A DNA stretch of 64,000 nt from Azolla caroliniana (lineage: Eukaryota > Plantae > Polypodiophyta). Within the stretch, counting starts at the first letter, position 1, and the number at the start of each line of letters is the position of its first letter. Below, in pieces: positions 12,141 through 25,497 of the stretch. A program made the translations under genes and the position numbers. The notes beneath the pieces were generated by a model. That model searched no databases. It was not told where the DNA came from and worked only from the letters and a program-made list of their open reading frames with translations. The DNA lies in NCBI GenBank assembly GCA_043228905.1, contig JBHGNT010000001.1:6324001-6388000 (forward strand), given 5' to 3'.

Positions 12141-14610
12141 CTTCGACTCTCATCCATAATCTTGTTTATTTATATCATTAGTTGCACACACAACACTTCT
12201 TCACACTCCATTGTTTGTGCTAATTTTGAATAAGACATATTCTCGAGCAACAAAATATGCCATTTATTTTGCTATCATTCCCTCCATAATTTTAAACCTC
12301 GCATTATAAGAAAAAATTAGAACACTAAATTATTTATTTTATAAGGGCTTTGGAACAAGGAGATTTTTTTCAACACCATTCAAGGAGTAGATTGTATTGT
12401 TATTGAACCACTATAAAAGATACTTATAAACCAAGAAAGTTGCACACTTAAGATATAATGTAAACATTAGCAATCTCCCCATTAGGGATCATGATTGGTG
12501 TGGCCCGTGGGTTTGCTCACGTGTCTAAAATTCTTGCCATTACGAGACATTGTTTCATCGTGTTTTGGAGTTTCTCTTTGATTTTAATGTCACATTAAGT
12601 CTCATCAAATTGTGCTTGGCATGCACAATGATCATGAATGTGGAGGATGATCGTTACAATTTTCTATACCATCAACAATTGAGTCTTCATGCTTGGAATT
12701 TGATATGTGCTCCAATCTGTTTACAATATGACATGAGTATGTGGTCAATGTGTTTTCACAAACTAGAATGATGACCAATAATAAAGAGAAAGCACATAAT
12801 GGGCTTTTGAAACATAGATAAGGGCACCTTATATCAAAAAATCAACAAAGAACCTATGAACACAAATTGATAGTGTGGGTTTTCTACAAAACTTTCAATG
12901 GTCACATGCAACATCCTAGGCTTTTGTTTTGTTCAACGATAGATAGATAGATATCAATTTTAACATCCATAGAAGACTGATTTCGATCTATGAGATGGGG
13001 CCTAGCCCATGGCAATGATCCTATTCATGTTTCTTAATGAATTTGTACCTGTGTTACATCAATTGAGCATAATGGTGGTGATGCTTAATATTGTGCCAAA
13101 TTTGCCAAATTTTCTTGAAGGTGCCATTACATCTAATACATCCATAGTAAGTCGAACTTTACAAATTGCAATTTAGGGCTGTGATAAATAGTGGTCAAAG
13201 CAACAAAATGGAGGAATTTGATGAAAAAAAGAGATTAAAACTAATACATTTAAACATGCAAGTTGGAACATGCACACAAGAGTGACTGTATAGTGATGAT
13301 CTTGATCCAAACCCAATCAAATGATTTTATGATTTTGGTTTCCATCAAACTACAGTAAACGTGTCAAATTTCTACATTGCGATGAAGTACTCGCTTAGTT
13401 CATATTTTGGATTGCATCAAAACAATATCAAAGCTAAATGTAAAAGTTGTCTACTATTCAAGAATATTGTTCGTAATAAATGATGACTTTGCTATCAATC
13501 ATCTTGAGATTCTATTCAACAACTTCCTACACTTCAAATAGGAAAAATAAGATCAACAAATGGAAAACACATCTGCATTTAAATAAGATGGAAGGGATGG
13601 TACCAACATGGGACCATGTTTGGTATCAAAGTTAAGAGTGAGGTTGAACAAAAACAAAAGTCACCTTGGAGTGAATTACAAAATATCGATGATTGTAAAT
13701 TGGTGAGATCGGAATAATGTAATTTGTTTGGACAATCCCTACCTTGGCCCCATGCTCTTTTTCCCACAAACCCACTATAAATTTACATCGACATATATAC
13801 TTTTATAACCATTGTCTCAAAAGTAATTATCATAATTGGTTTCACACAATCTTTTTGAGATGATCTTAAACTGACCTCATAATCATAGGGTGCATCAATA
13901 CTCTTTTGAAACAATTTGCTTGGTGGAGCTAATGCCCTCACTCTTATTGTCACATGACAATCAAACATAGATTAGATACTCATATGGGCTATGATCTTCT
14001 TCTTTTTTCCCAAAAAAGTATTGTTCATTAGTAGAACTTCTGCGCACATGACGAACTCATTAAGCTGAAAACATTACAATGGCTCTAGCCATGATGACCT
14101 ATAACAAATCACAAGGAAGAAGAGTGAAAGACTAAAAAGAATGACATTGGTCATCCTATATGTAATGAAAGTCTAGCAAAACCCCTTTTGAGGATGATTC
14201 ATCCTGAAATTCTTCCATTGAACAATCAACACCTACCAGTGCCTTTGAATTAGCTGAAAATTCTCTGCATTGTAGGCTAAAACTATTTTCAGCCACAACA
14301 TTAGGCTCAATTTGAGTCAGTGAACGAAACATATTGATTTGTCACCTACAACATGCTTGGCAAATTTCTGTACTTCAACACCTGCTTCAACTGATGCATA
14401 TGGGCTATGATCTTGACCAACAAGAAGCTCAAACATTTATTTGTTCCTCCTTGCTCTTAGTTTTCTCACTCCTTAATGAGGGGTTTACCATCAAAAGTAT
14501 AAATATGTGTGTTTCGGCATGTAAATGGGCCTAAAAAAATCCCCCTACCACGAGAAAGTTCATACTAAGATCAAGTTCAAGTTTGGAACTTAAGTATGTT
14601 CTTGTAGCAC

Positions 14611-14961
14611 AGTTGTAGAATACTTTGCATAGAATACATATGCTACAATATTCTATTTTTAAAAAGAAATACTTAGAATACATATTCTAAATATGAAATG
14701 CATAGAATGCTTCATATATTTATTTATTTATTTATTTTATTTATTTTCCAAGAATTCATATATTTGTATTGCGAGTTGCAACTAACAAATATTTTTACCA
14801 AATTTTTTATTTTCTTTAAAAAAAATTAATGTCCATAATTCACGACAGACATTAAATATGTAGAGTACATAAAACATTTTTAGACAACAATTCTAAAACG
14901 TATTCTCTTCAAAGTATTGTAAAGTGTATTCTATAAATAAAATATGTGTTTTCTAACAACT
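14611..14961. mobile_element. Possible MITE-like AT-rich element with imperfect terminal inverted repeats
   Basis: agttgtagaa (14611) vs ttctaacaact (~14951-14961). aatactttgcatagaatac (~14619-14637) is the reverse complement of gtattctcttcaaagtatt (~14900-14918) with two mismatches. No TSD established. Confidence 0.35.
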
Positions 14962-15470
14962 ATTGGTTGTGGGGTTTGGCTGTGGATAGATTTGAGAGGG
15001 GAGAAAAAATTATTATTTTAATATCTCCACCCCCTCTTATTTGGCACCACCACCATCAATTTACAATTCGAGTGGAATATAAATAAGAGACTTCATGAGC
15101 AAGAAGTTGCATAAAAAATTTGCTATGCTAATAAAGTGTATAACATTATTGAACGAAAGGAGTTGTACATGAAACTCACATCATTGGTTGAGAGCAACAT
15201 TAATATAGATTTTAAGAACATTTCTTTACTATAAAATTTGCATGATAATGACAAGTTTCTGTACCATGAGATCCATTCAAAGGTTTGTTATAATATGATT
15301 TATACTTAATATCTTGTGTATATAATAGGGCATGTATAATGCATTACCAATAAGACATAATAAGGGGTGTAATATTGTTGGTTGTTTGGTAGAATGTTGT
15401 AACAATAATGTGTAAATAGTCATTCACTTGGAAATATAATAGAACCTATTTGGCAACATTGATATAATTG

Positions 15471-16205
15471 TGTGGAGGGCTAAATATCCTTAATTTGCAG
15501 TTGCTTGATAATTTGAAAACCAAGTCATTTGGCTCATGGGATACTAAACCATTGGGATGTAGTGTTTGGAAAGCTTGATGGGCACATCAAAGGTTGTCTA
15601 TTTAACTCAAAGCTTCTAAAGCACTGGAAGGACCACATAAAATGGAAGGATTCAAAATCACGGAACTCTTTACACCTTGAAGGCTTACATTGGAGTGTTA
15701 TATTCCCACGGTCATGTTTGCAAACAAGTCCCTCTAGATGGGAAGGAGAGCACAAACTGAATCAGGTGGATCCGAGGGAAAAGAAAGACCGGATCCGGAT
15801 CCGGATAGGCATTTGGAAAAGACCATATATGTAAATAACCTTTGTATTAGTATAAATACAACTACGGAAAATCACTGTAATGATGGATGTACAATTATAG
15901 TTGGTTGTTGCCTCTGTAACTAACTGAGAGAGTGTGTGAGTTAGTAGAACTCTGTTGTAACCGTTTGTTAAACGAAGATGAGTTCAAGGTCGTTGCCTAC
16001 GAGTCTCCTTTGTACTTTCTCATACATAGTGTAATAGTTTATAGTCTATGGGCTCCAATGGTTTTTCCCATTCAGGGTTTTCCACGTAAACATCTTGTGT
16101 CTCTGTACTTCTGTTTTTCTGTTGGTCTGTGTATTGTCGACTTTGTTCTTTGCACCCGCATACACATAAGAGGGAACCAGTTGTGGTTGGTTGGGGATCC
16201 TAACA
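15471..16205 (+). mobile_element. Solo LTR of a Ty1/copia element
   Basis: Ends ...GGATCCTAACA and has the same U5 motif as the 2.1-3.2 kb LTR (GGTTTTTCCC..GGGTTTTCCACGTAAA..CTTGTGT). TATAAATA at 15851. No PBS follows (TGTGACTAG). Start TG at 15471 or 15473 is uncertain. Confidence 0.75.
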
Positions 16206-18399
16206 TGTGACTAGTTGAACAAGAGCCTAGGAAAGTTTTTTTTTTTTTTAACCCATAAAAATATCCTCCATTGATATTAACATAAAATGGCCCAAGGCAA
16301 TATACAAAATAGTCCACTATTACAAAGAAAATTGCAACATAATTAACTAGAGAAGTATTGAACGCTCGTGTAGCTTCAACAGTCTCAACAACACCGGGTT
16401 CAAAAAACCTCATCTTTTTACAAACTGAATATGGATTTTTGGGCTTTATCAAAGTAGTCTATGCCACCTATATTGCTCGGCATCTCTTCTATTTTGATGC
16501 AAATTGATAGCGTCATATGTCACAAAATGCCTCTCCCTACAATTTGAATACAACTTTGCCGATGAGTTCCAATGTTTGTTGTTGCTAGCAACATGTAGAG
16601 CCTGGAACCAAAGTGATATCAAAGAGGAAAACACTCTCCAAATCTGAAAATTAATAAACACATAAACAATCTCCCTTTCACTCCCTAGAAATGCTTCATC
16701 CTCCATTAAAATCCTCCATCTCTTCCACCAATTTAGACGAAGTATATATATATATATACATTCTTCCCCTTTTCCATCTATAAGGATGGCTTCCCAAAGC
16801 GAAGTTGTCCTTATAACATCAGCCATGTCAACGCCGGATATCACCCAAAGGATGTACCTATGACAACAAAATGACATGGTAACCTCATCACCTCAAGAAA
16901 AAAATGCTTCGGCCTCCACACCATCTTCACTCAACCTTATCACAAAAAATTCTTCATTCACTCCACATCAACCATGTCGCCGAATACGCCAAGTTCCTAT
17001 ATAAATAACAACAAACCTCATGATCTGCTTCGGCCATTAGTCATCATAGAGGAAAGCTTATTTTTTAGGAAAGAAGGGGCTGAAATCAATTGCAGATGTG
17101 GTAAATGACCAAGGTCACCTATTAGGCTTTAATGACATGACATGTCGTTATAGTCTTGGGCCACATCATCGCGTTATTTGGAATCAAGTCACAAAGTTGG
17201 TACTTTCCTTACTACTTGTGCCACCTCTAAATCGATATCGCAGGCTTCAAGATTGGATGTTACAAAAACACAACATTGTTATGCCAATGACTAAGTGCAT
17301 CTCTTTCTCACAGATTTCCTGGCTGAAGGTTTGGGAAACACTTTTGGCTATTTGGACAAATTTTGTGTGCCCTATCCAACAATGCGTATTTTCTCCAATG
17401 GACAAGATTCTAGGCACTCTGAACCATTTGGACGACTTGCAATAATAAGGTCTTTGATCGAAACCAACTGCATGAAGTTCGCTTCTTCAAGCAATCCCTT
17501 AGGCAATCTCTATTTGATTGTCTGCAACTTAGAGACATCACACTGCAAATTTACACTCTTTAGTTTGAGCGCTTCTAAGCTCTTTAGTGTGTAATCGATA
17601 CTTGTATATTTCTCTTTATTCGTTATAGGTTTTCACCTCACTTTGAGGATAAATTAGTAAGTTCTTAATAAGTAGAATTACTCAACAAAATAAAGGGTTG
17701 AATATAGTTTAATGAAGTATGCCCCAACAAGTGTGTGATAGAAGCACAATCTCACTCCATCATCCCTTAAAAAAAAAGGAATTCACCTATTTAAGAGAGG
17801 GTGGGGAGCGAGAAGCTCATAATAAAAGTGGAAGTTGGATCCCCTCAATAGCAAAGTGTGTTTACTAAATATAAACTCTTGAGTATGAATTTTACATTTC
17901 ACATTCGCCTCTCCATTTGATATGCGGTGTTTGACTTTTTAAAACTATGCTTTGAAGAATTAACTATTGATTTCTAGGTTTGCAATTAGTTAATGAAAGT
18001 CATCCCCAAGTGGGTGGTGAGCCCGTGTGGACCTTAGCAATTGAGAAGCTAACTTCCTATCAATCAACAGTTTACACTTTACTACGCACTTGGCAACCTT
18101 GACTATGTTGGACAATTCCAAAACCCTAAATATACTACATTCAAACTCTACTACCTAAGAGATAAGGTTCCTTAGAGGAAGGAATGAACAATTCCCCTTG
18201 CTCAGCCCCTATTGGCCAATGGCCAACTTGATGTAGTTAACTAACCTATTGATCTTGTTTTTCTCACATTAACTTCAATACACAACCAAAGTAGTTGATC
18301 ACCCCAACAATATCACTATATAACTAGAACCAACACTTGGATGGCCATGATGGACCAATCCTCCAACACTTCCAACCAAGTATGTGAATGTCTCTGAAA

Positions 18400-18900
18400 G
18401 GTGACCTACTTGCAAATTTCTAAAGTTGAACCAAATGAAACTAATAGAGTTGTTAATCCATAGTTTCATTCTCTAGTTCGGCTCAAACCAAATCGTTGTT
18501 GAATCTTGAATCATTATATAATTACTGACGATATGAAAAGACTAAAGAAACAAATTCATTCCAAAGTCCTAGAGTCACACATCATACTATTCTAAAACCA
18601 TATACTAGATAGATTTTGAAGTTCCCACTAACAAATCGTAATTAAACATGTTACAATCAAACTAAAGTCTAAGCACCTCTAGGCATATCCATTGACCTCA
18701 CACTCACTTTTAATTCACTCTCAATCTATCCTTCATGAATGTTCTACATGAGGCAAAAGGCCTATTGATCGTATTCAACCTTACCTTATTACTAACATGA
18801 CTGTTAACTTTCGTAGAGCCCTAACACTCCTTCACACTCAATAACACAACCTAGGTATTGAAGTTGCATTATGGAATCAAAACTAACCAAATATCACTTG
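18400..18900 (-). mobile_element. Highly decayed LINE-like remnant (endonuclease-like segment)
   Basis: Minus-strand translation CEVNGYA*RCLDF...LITIC resembles the 'VNxxGxxLLDF...LxIxN' segment of LINE endonucleases. Many stops; boundaries approximate. Confidence 0.3.
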
Positions 18901-20473
18901 CTTTTTACATGCTCTTCATATAGTGCAAACGTGAAAGCAATGATGATATATTAAGAGGGGGTAACAACTTGAGTATCATACTAAAGAGAACGCCCTAGAA
19001 GGTTGAGCTCATATGTGTATGCCTTATTCGCACACCGAGACTTGATGCTTCAAAGTATGAATATCCCTTCTTAAAAAGGAGATACACATCAAGATAACTT
19101 TTGTACATAGGTCCTATGGGTCAATATTGGCCTCTCTATGGACACTAACAAATTATCTATCTATATATTTATCCTCCATTTATGATGCATTGGCTCAACT
19201 ATCAACCCCTACGTCATCTACTTTGCACTTTGAAAAGAGGAGTGTATTTTGAGAGTATCATAAATATTTAACACAGTCAAATTCTCATTATTTATATTTC
19301 TAAGTCGGCATAGCCCCGCCCCAGGCAATTGGAAATTGCAATGTGAAGTTAGAAATATGGAGCATGACATGTTATGCTACATCACAACCTAATCTTGAAG
19401 TTGCATTATCAATGATATTGATCCCCCAAACCAACACGATTTGCCACTAGTAAAAAAACACATGGAGATAACTCGATCCAAATGTTTCCACATTTAAACC
19501 TTTGACGCTTTCAAATTTGGTCTAGTTTTATGGTTGTCTCTCTACAAGGAGTTCAATATGACGTTTTGAAGGATGGAGAAGGCAAGGATCATCTATATGC
19601 TGCAATGAAAGATTACTAGTTTCTAATGCAAGCCATGCAACCAACACTCCATCAAACTTCACATTTGCTTTGGCATGTTGATCTGATGTTAAATAAGGCA
19701 ATGTTATTGTGAAGAGGTCCAAGTTACATATTATTGGATGAGTGAATCAAGTCTATGCAAGGGACCAAAAGTTTTCAAGATATTAATATTCATAGCCTAT
19801 GAAGGTATGGACTATTGTAAGCCCATATCCAACCATTGTCCCTTCATTGAATCCCAAGAGTGATACCTTGTAAATCTAGGTGTCCTATACTTAATATTTG
19901 CCATGCCAACATTGTCGTGAAAAATAACATATGATATGCCTTTTGGGATGTGAAGTGATACTGCTTGTACATAATAATAATAAAAACTCTTTAAGACCCA
20001 AGAGTTTAAATGAAGGGGAAGCAGATCCATAACATATCAGATGCAGCATCCATAATTGCATCAAGATTGCAAAGAGCCTAGTGATCCATGGGAGATTGAA
20101 GCATTTGCAGCTGCGATCCCATCATGTTCTGAGACTTGTTGCAGATAGGAATGTACCTAACAGGAATATTATGCAAATGTCAAGCTTGCTAACCATCATT
20201 TTTATCTACTCTTGTAAATGAGAACAATTTACTTCTGCCTTTCTATGTTTCTCTGTATTGAACCACTCTATCTAGGTCACAGTCTCACAACAATTATCTT
20301 CTTGATTGTTGGCAAGACATTATGTTGTGTACACTTTAACATGGTACTCTAATACACTCACTGGTTATGCAAACAAGGCCACATGACACTTAGCCTCCCA
20401 CCCCCCTTCCTCTAAGTTCAATTTTGGAGGGAGAAAATATCCTTCATACAGAAACAGAAGCTTTTGTGTGCCC

Positions 20474-20846
20474 TTCAAATTGACAACAAATTAACGAAAT
20501 TTATGTTGATGTGATCATACATCATATCATATTTAGTATCTGGGAAATAAAAGATTGAAAGTGACATCTCTGTTTGTTATGCAGAAGAACAATGTGATAA
20601 TCCGTGACAAATAAACCATCGATATGACACGATATCAGTATGTTCTAAGAAGAAGAGATTGACATTATGTAGTGGTAATGCAGTTGTTGAGTGTCCACAT
20701 TTAATATTCCATTAAGAGGTTATAGTTATTTCTTGGAAAGGAGAGTTCATTCTAATCAGTTGAACATGAGTTAACCTTAGTTTCAAGTCAATCAATGGTC
20801 TCACATAATAACCATAGGCTGTTCACATTTATAAGTTGATTTATGT
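20474..20846. repeat. Direct repeat copy A (~370 bp), paired with 23976-24338
   Basis: Colinear anchors ttcaaattgacaacaaatt, aagattgaaagt, cgtgacaaataaacca, cttggaaaggagagttcatt, ttgaacatgagttaacc, caatggtctcaca, aagttgatttatgt. Confidence 0.92.
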
Positions 20847-21047
20847 CAATCATCATTGACAAACACCAATAGTGAGTTCAAACCTTAGCAACTCCTAACA
20901 ATGCATTGTGTTGCATTGCATTGACAAAGAATCAATTTTCCATTGCAAAATGAAGATCAAATAAGTTGGCCAATGATTCAACCAACATGATATACCAATA
21001 AATGCAAATCAAAATAAATAAAAAACAAATCCAAAACTTAATGAGGA

Positions 21048-21830
21048 TCAAATAGCTTGGCCTACACTCAACAAATACTCATCTTTCTCTTGGATCCATT
21101 CTTTGGCATACTCACAATCCTTCCAAACATCGAACCAAGGACCGCCAGAAGTGTAATGGATCGCCTTTGGAAGTCGAGATCCAAGATCATCCTGAGGCAT
21201 TTTATTATGGCCAACAAGGAAATTCCACACAAAAGGTATAGATCCAATGTCCTCATCATCCAGCCACATGAATCTGTGAAGAAAAGCACCGCTTTGAGAG
21301 TTCACTACTTGCGGCAGGAGCACCTTGTTCTTAGGATGAGAACAATTGTACAACACCATGGATGACCAATTCTTCCTAGGATACGAAGTCTGCGGGACGC
21401 CGTCCATCTTTGTGGCCGTCGTCGGTGTGAAATCGTGCTGGACACACATGACTGCGAATGTGTCATCGATGAGCTCGACGAGGCCACGAATGTCGGCGGT
21501 GTAGAGGAAATCGCAATCGACAAACATTGCCCATCCTTCGAAGTTAGCGAGGAAAGGGGTGAGGAATCGGGTGAAAGAGAACTCGGTGCTCTCGGTTGGG
21601 CCTCGCGTCCGGGTGTAGATGCCGGCGGACCGGAGATCCGACTGGACGATGGGTGTTATTTCGATGGGGAATGTGGTGTGCTTGAGGAGGGAATGCCGAC
21701 AAACTTGATAGGCTATGTCTTCCCTGGGGTCATACCCAACATAGATCTTGAGTTTGTGTATGGAGGACCCACTTTTGGAGATGATTGGGGTAGAGTTAAT
21801 TCCCATTTGCTCTGGTTTGGAACAGAGCAT
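21048..21830 (-). CDS. CDI: Protein CDI, nucleotide-diphospho-sugar transferase (GT-A fold; RG-II galactosylation in Arabidopsis)
   Basis: Single 260-aa ORF with KIYVGYDPRED, ESTEFSFTRFLTP, a DCDF DxD motif, YPRKNWSSMVLYNC and AIHYTSGGPWF. An alternative start at Met9 is possible. Confidence 0.95.
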   Translation of the reverse strand: MLCSKPEQMGINSTPIISKSGSSIHKLKIYVGYDPREDIAYQVCRHSLLKHTTFPIEITPIVQSDLRSAGIYTRTRGPTESTEFSFTRFLTPFLANFEGWAMFVDCDFLYTADIRGLVELIDDTFAVMCVQHDFTPTTATKMDGVPQTSYPRKNWSSMVLYNCSHPKNKVLLPQVVNSQSGAFLHRFMWLDDEDIGSIPFVWNFLVGHNKMPQDDLGSRLPKAIHYTSGGPWFDVWKDCEYAKEWIQEKDEYLLSVGQAI

Positions 21831-22072
21831 TTGTGTGCAGAGGAGGTGTAGTAGTGTATAGGAGGAAGCAGGGGAGAGAAAGAGAGAAACAGGGGAGGAC
21901 TGAGGAGTATAAATATGAAGTTAATTTAGTGTCGAATGTTTTTTGTAGGTGGGTCTTTCCTTTCCTTCTCCTTTGGTTTTAAATATCTTCACACTAAATA
22001 AGATTTTTAACCCCCCCACCCCTTTTCACACACAACAACAACATTAACATTAACCACCATTATCATTGTGAC

Positions 22073-22118
22073 CTTCTTCTTCTTCTTCTTCTTCTTCTTC
22101 TTCTTCTTCTTCTTCTTC
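22073..22118. repeat. (CTT)n microsatellite upstream of CDI
   Basis: Read directly; a C17 run also lies at 22344-22360. Confidence 0.95.
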
Positions 22119-23975
22119 ACATCACATACTTTTGTCATTACTCCTTTCTATAACTTAAGATCTATATCTCTATTGTGGTCTCACTCTCTCTCAATATCAT
22201 TTGTTTCCCATGCTCTTTGACAAAACAAGTCATGGGCTTCCTCGAAGGATGGCCCCCTCTTTTATTTCACTAGGCCTTTTTTCGCCCATGTTCTATGGTT
22301 TCTTGGTTAATTCAAGGCTCACTAATGCATTCGTGCAAGCTATCCCCCCCCCCCCCCCCCAGTTTGGGCATTTGGTGATTGTTTAAGTTGTCATGTGGAT
22401 TTAATCAAAGTCAACGATTGTACAAGTTTGTCCCTAACACAAACAAAGTTACATGCCTCAATTATGGTGGATATTCAAGAACACTCGATTGGTGTCTATA
22501 GCATCTCGACCAGACACGTGTTTGTGAGTGATATGTTCATGGATGATACTTTATCCTTAAATCCAAAAATAGTCAAGGTTTTAGAGATTCTAAGAACAAT
22601 GGACATATGTTGAGTTTCAACTAGTTTGATATGGCACAATGTTAGTTTTAATGAAGTTTTTACTTTAGTGAGGGTCCTCTCCTTTAATCATTAGGCAAAG
22701 TAACGAACTCAATTAGAGACACAAATAGTAGGTTCATACATAAGAATAGTTTGTATTGCAAACAAAGGCAGGAGTGTTGTCTGTTATGACATGCCCCACG
22801 TGCAACTCGAATTTACAAGTACAAGCCCTTGACTCTAGCTAAAGGAATCACTTGATGAGAAGTCTTGACATAAGCACGACGTTTGCCTTCTTCAGTTTGC
22901 CCAAGACTAGATTGCTTCAAGGAGATTTTGCAAATGGAGCTTCTATAATAGCACCCCAAGACAAGGACATTCACCTCACCCTATTATAACAAACCCCCAG
23001 GCCCCACTAGCTCATTTCTCCTTAGGCCAACCTCCAATTACCCTAACATCATCTTGAACCCCTCCAACTATGTACTAGATAACTAAAACTTGATCTCGAA
23101 GTTAGAGCCTAAAGTATGCCTAATTGTACCAAGTATAAATGGAACCCCACCATCTTCACATTAAATACCTCACTTGCCTTCCCCGCTCCCATAAATCATT
23201 GTTAGACTAGATTGATTGTTTCCTCCTCAAGCTCTCAAGCTCTTTGCCTCCTCAACTCTCTCGTCTTTCTTGCCTCCATCTATTTACTAGAGCTAGACTT
23301 TAAGTCTAGTCTCTCTTGACCGTTTTACACATCCCATTCCGCCTTGAAACCACTATTTCCCTAGGCACTCTTTCGTTCCTAAAGTTTTAATTCTTCCATC
23401 TTCCACCAATTTCTACTCATGACTCTCCTTAAATTTTCTAATGACCTCCACTAATGGATCCTCAAATATGGATGAGACATTATCTTACAAATCATCGAAA
23501 CCCACTCTCTTGACTTTTGTAATCTACCCTCCCCATACTAATACCACCAATTAATGAATATATCTTTGTCTTGATTAAAAAGATATTGCTAAATAAAAAA
23601 CACTCTTCACAATTGGTTGTGAATTAATAGAATTTGCCTGAATGGGCCAACACAACGCATACGTTGGAGTGTAGCACTTCCAAGGGTCTCTACCTAGTCC
23701 CAAAGGGTCACCTTCCTCATGGTGGGCTAACCGAAAGATTGGGGATGTCACTTCATTAGTGCATAAAAACATTTACTTTGCAAATTGCACTTTGTGCAAC
23801 CATGGAAGTCTCAAATGTTTCTTAGGTTAAACTAAATTTAACGCACACCTAAACATTATACCAACTAATAAATATGTTTGCTTTTAATTAAATAGATCAT
23901 TACTCAATAATAAACATACTAGGTGTCCCAATTAAATAGATAGATGCTCATTGCTAAGTAAAATTGATGGTTTGA

Positions 23976-24338
23976 TTCAAATTGACAACAAATTTATGAA
24001 ATTTATGTCAATGTGATCACACATCATGTCATGTTTAGCATGTGGGAAAAATAAGATTGAAAGTACCATCTTTGCTTGCTATGCAAAACAACAATGTGAT
24101 GATTCGTGACAAATAAACCATTGATATCATGCATCAATATGCTAAAGACGAAGACATTGACATTATGTATTGGTAATGCAATTGTTGATTGGCCAAACAT
24201 ATGATTCCAATAAGTTTTAGTTATCACTTGGAAAGGAGAGTTCATTCCAATCAATTGAACATGAGTTAACCATAGTTTCTACTTCTAGTCAACCAATGGT
24301 CTCACATTATAACCATAGAAAGAGAAGTTGATTTATGT
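23976..24338. repeat. Direct repeat copy B (~365 bp), paired with 20474-20846
   Basis: Same anchors as copy A at an offset of ~3.5 kb. Confidence 0.92.
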
Positions 24339-25000
24339 AGAGCCATTACGCTAATTATTGTGGATCTAAACCATCTTCAAAAGTATTGAGATATTTAACA
24401 TTTGAACCATTGTAGAATTTAATATCATCATATATGCAACAATCATGACTAAGGAATAAAGGCGCAGTATTTAAAGAGGTCATGACAAAACTTTAAAAAG
24501 CAAAATTTATAATAGTATCATCACTCCCAAAGATCATGACAAAAAAACAATCACAATTATATACGAGTATTTATAAAAATGATGAGAAGTTGATTATGTA
24601 GAGAATTATGCTACATTGTTTGTGGATCTAAACCATGTTAAAAATTAGTGAGATATTTTAACATGTGATCCATTGTAGAACTTAATATCACCATATACAC
24701 AACAGTCATGACTAGATAGTAGAGATAAATAAGAAAGACGCATCCTTTAAAGTTAGTGTTGTCACAAACAGTTGCGATGACTGAATGTTGAAGTATTATT
24801 AAAATTCAGTCTGAAACACAATGGCAAAAAGATAATGAATTGTCACCGCCAAAGGTCATGACAAAAATCTGAAAATAGCAAAATTTAATAATAGTACGCT
24901 GCCAAATGTCATGACCAAAACCTGAAAATAGCAAAATTTACAATAGTCCATATGATTATCATCAAAGGTCATCACAAAAAACTTTAAAAAAGAAATTTTA
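24321..25000. repeat. Patchwork of local duplications downstream of TRM11
   Basis: gagaagttgatt...gtggatctaaacca...ccattgtagaa...tcatgacta occurs at ~24322 and ~24584. Short units (gg)tcatgacaaaa..tgaaaatagcaaaattt..aatagt occur at ~24477, 24853, 24907 and 24966. Confidence 0.8.
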
Positions 25001-25497
25001 TTTTCAACATAATTTCAAAATTGATGATCATAAATTTTACATTCATTTATCAGTTTCATAGTTACCTAATAAAAAAATCAGTCGCCATTACCTGTAAAAG
25101 ATTGATTTGAACAAGGCAAAACCATCCCAATAGCAATTGTATAAACTTTAAAATTCATTAGGTATGTGGTAAGTTGTTCTTTTGCAAAACCCTCTCTTCT
25201 ACTTACAGTATTGAATTAAATCATAATCTCATTTTTTTTGTCAAAATTACCAAGAGCTGATCTTGGGCCACAATATGTTGCATAAATATCTCCGACGGGC
25301 ATTTTGTTATGGCAACTGAATCACAAGTAAAAACATCTCCCGTTGGAAAATACACCAGTCTTCCTTATATACTATCGTCCTCTTCATGTAGGGGTGAATG
25401 AAAGACCAAAGAGTTGTCTCAAATGTGCCATCTTGGATGTGTTTTTAAGTTAGATACTGTTTTCCTAAAGATAAATTTTTCTAATAACCCAGCAACG

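Noticed and set aside
12330-12800. Possible copia RNaseH-PPT-LTR remnant on the minus strand (GGGGGAGATTG at ~12471-12481)
   Set aside because: The PPT-like motif is short and also occurs at ~6093; the upstream translation only weakly resembles RNaseH.
21048-21830. CDI as a recent retrocopy because it is intronless
   Set aside because: No poly(A) remnant or TSD, the ORF is intact, and a single-exon structure alone is not evidence of retroposition.
22750-23540. Possible LINE ORF1 remnant (purine-rich minus strand)
   Set aside because: Composition is suggestive, but I could read no diagnostic motif.
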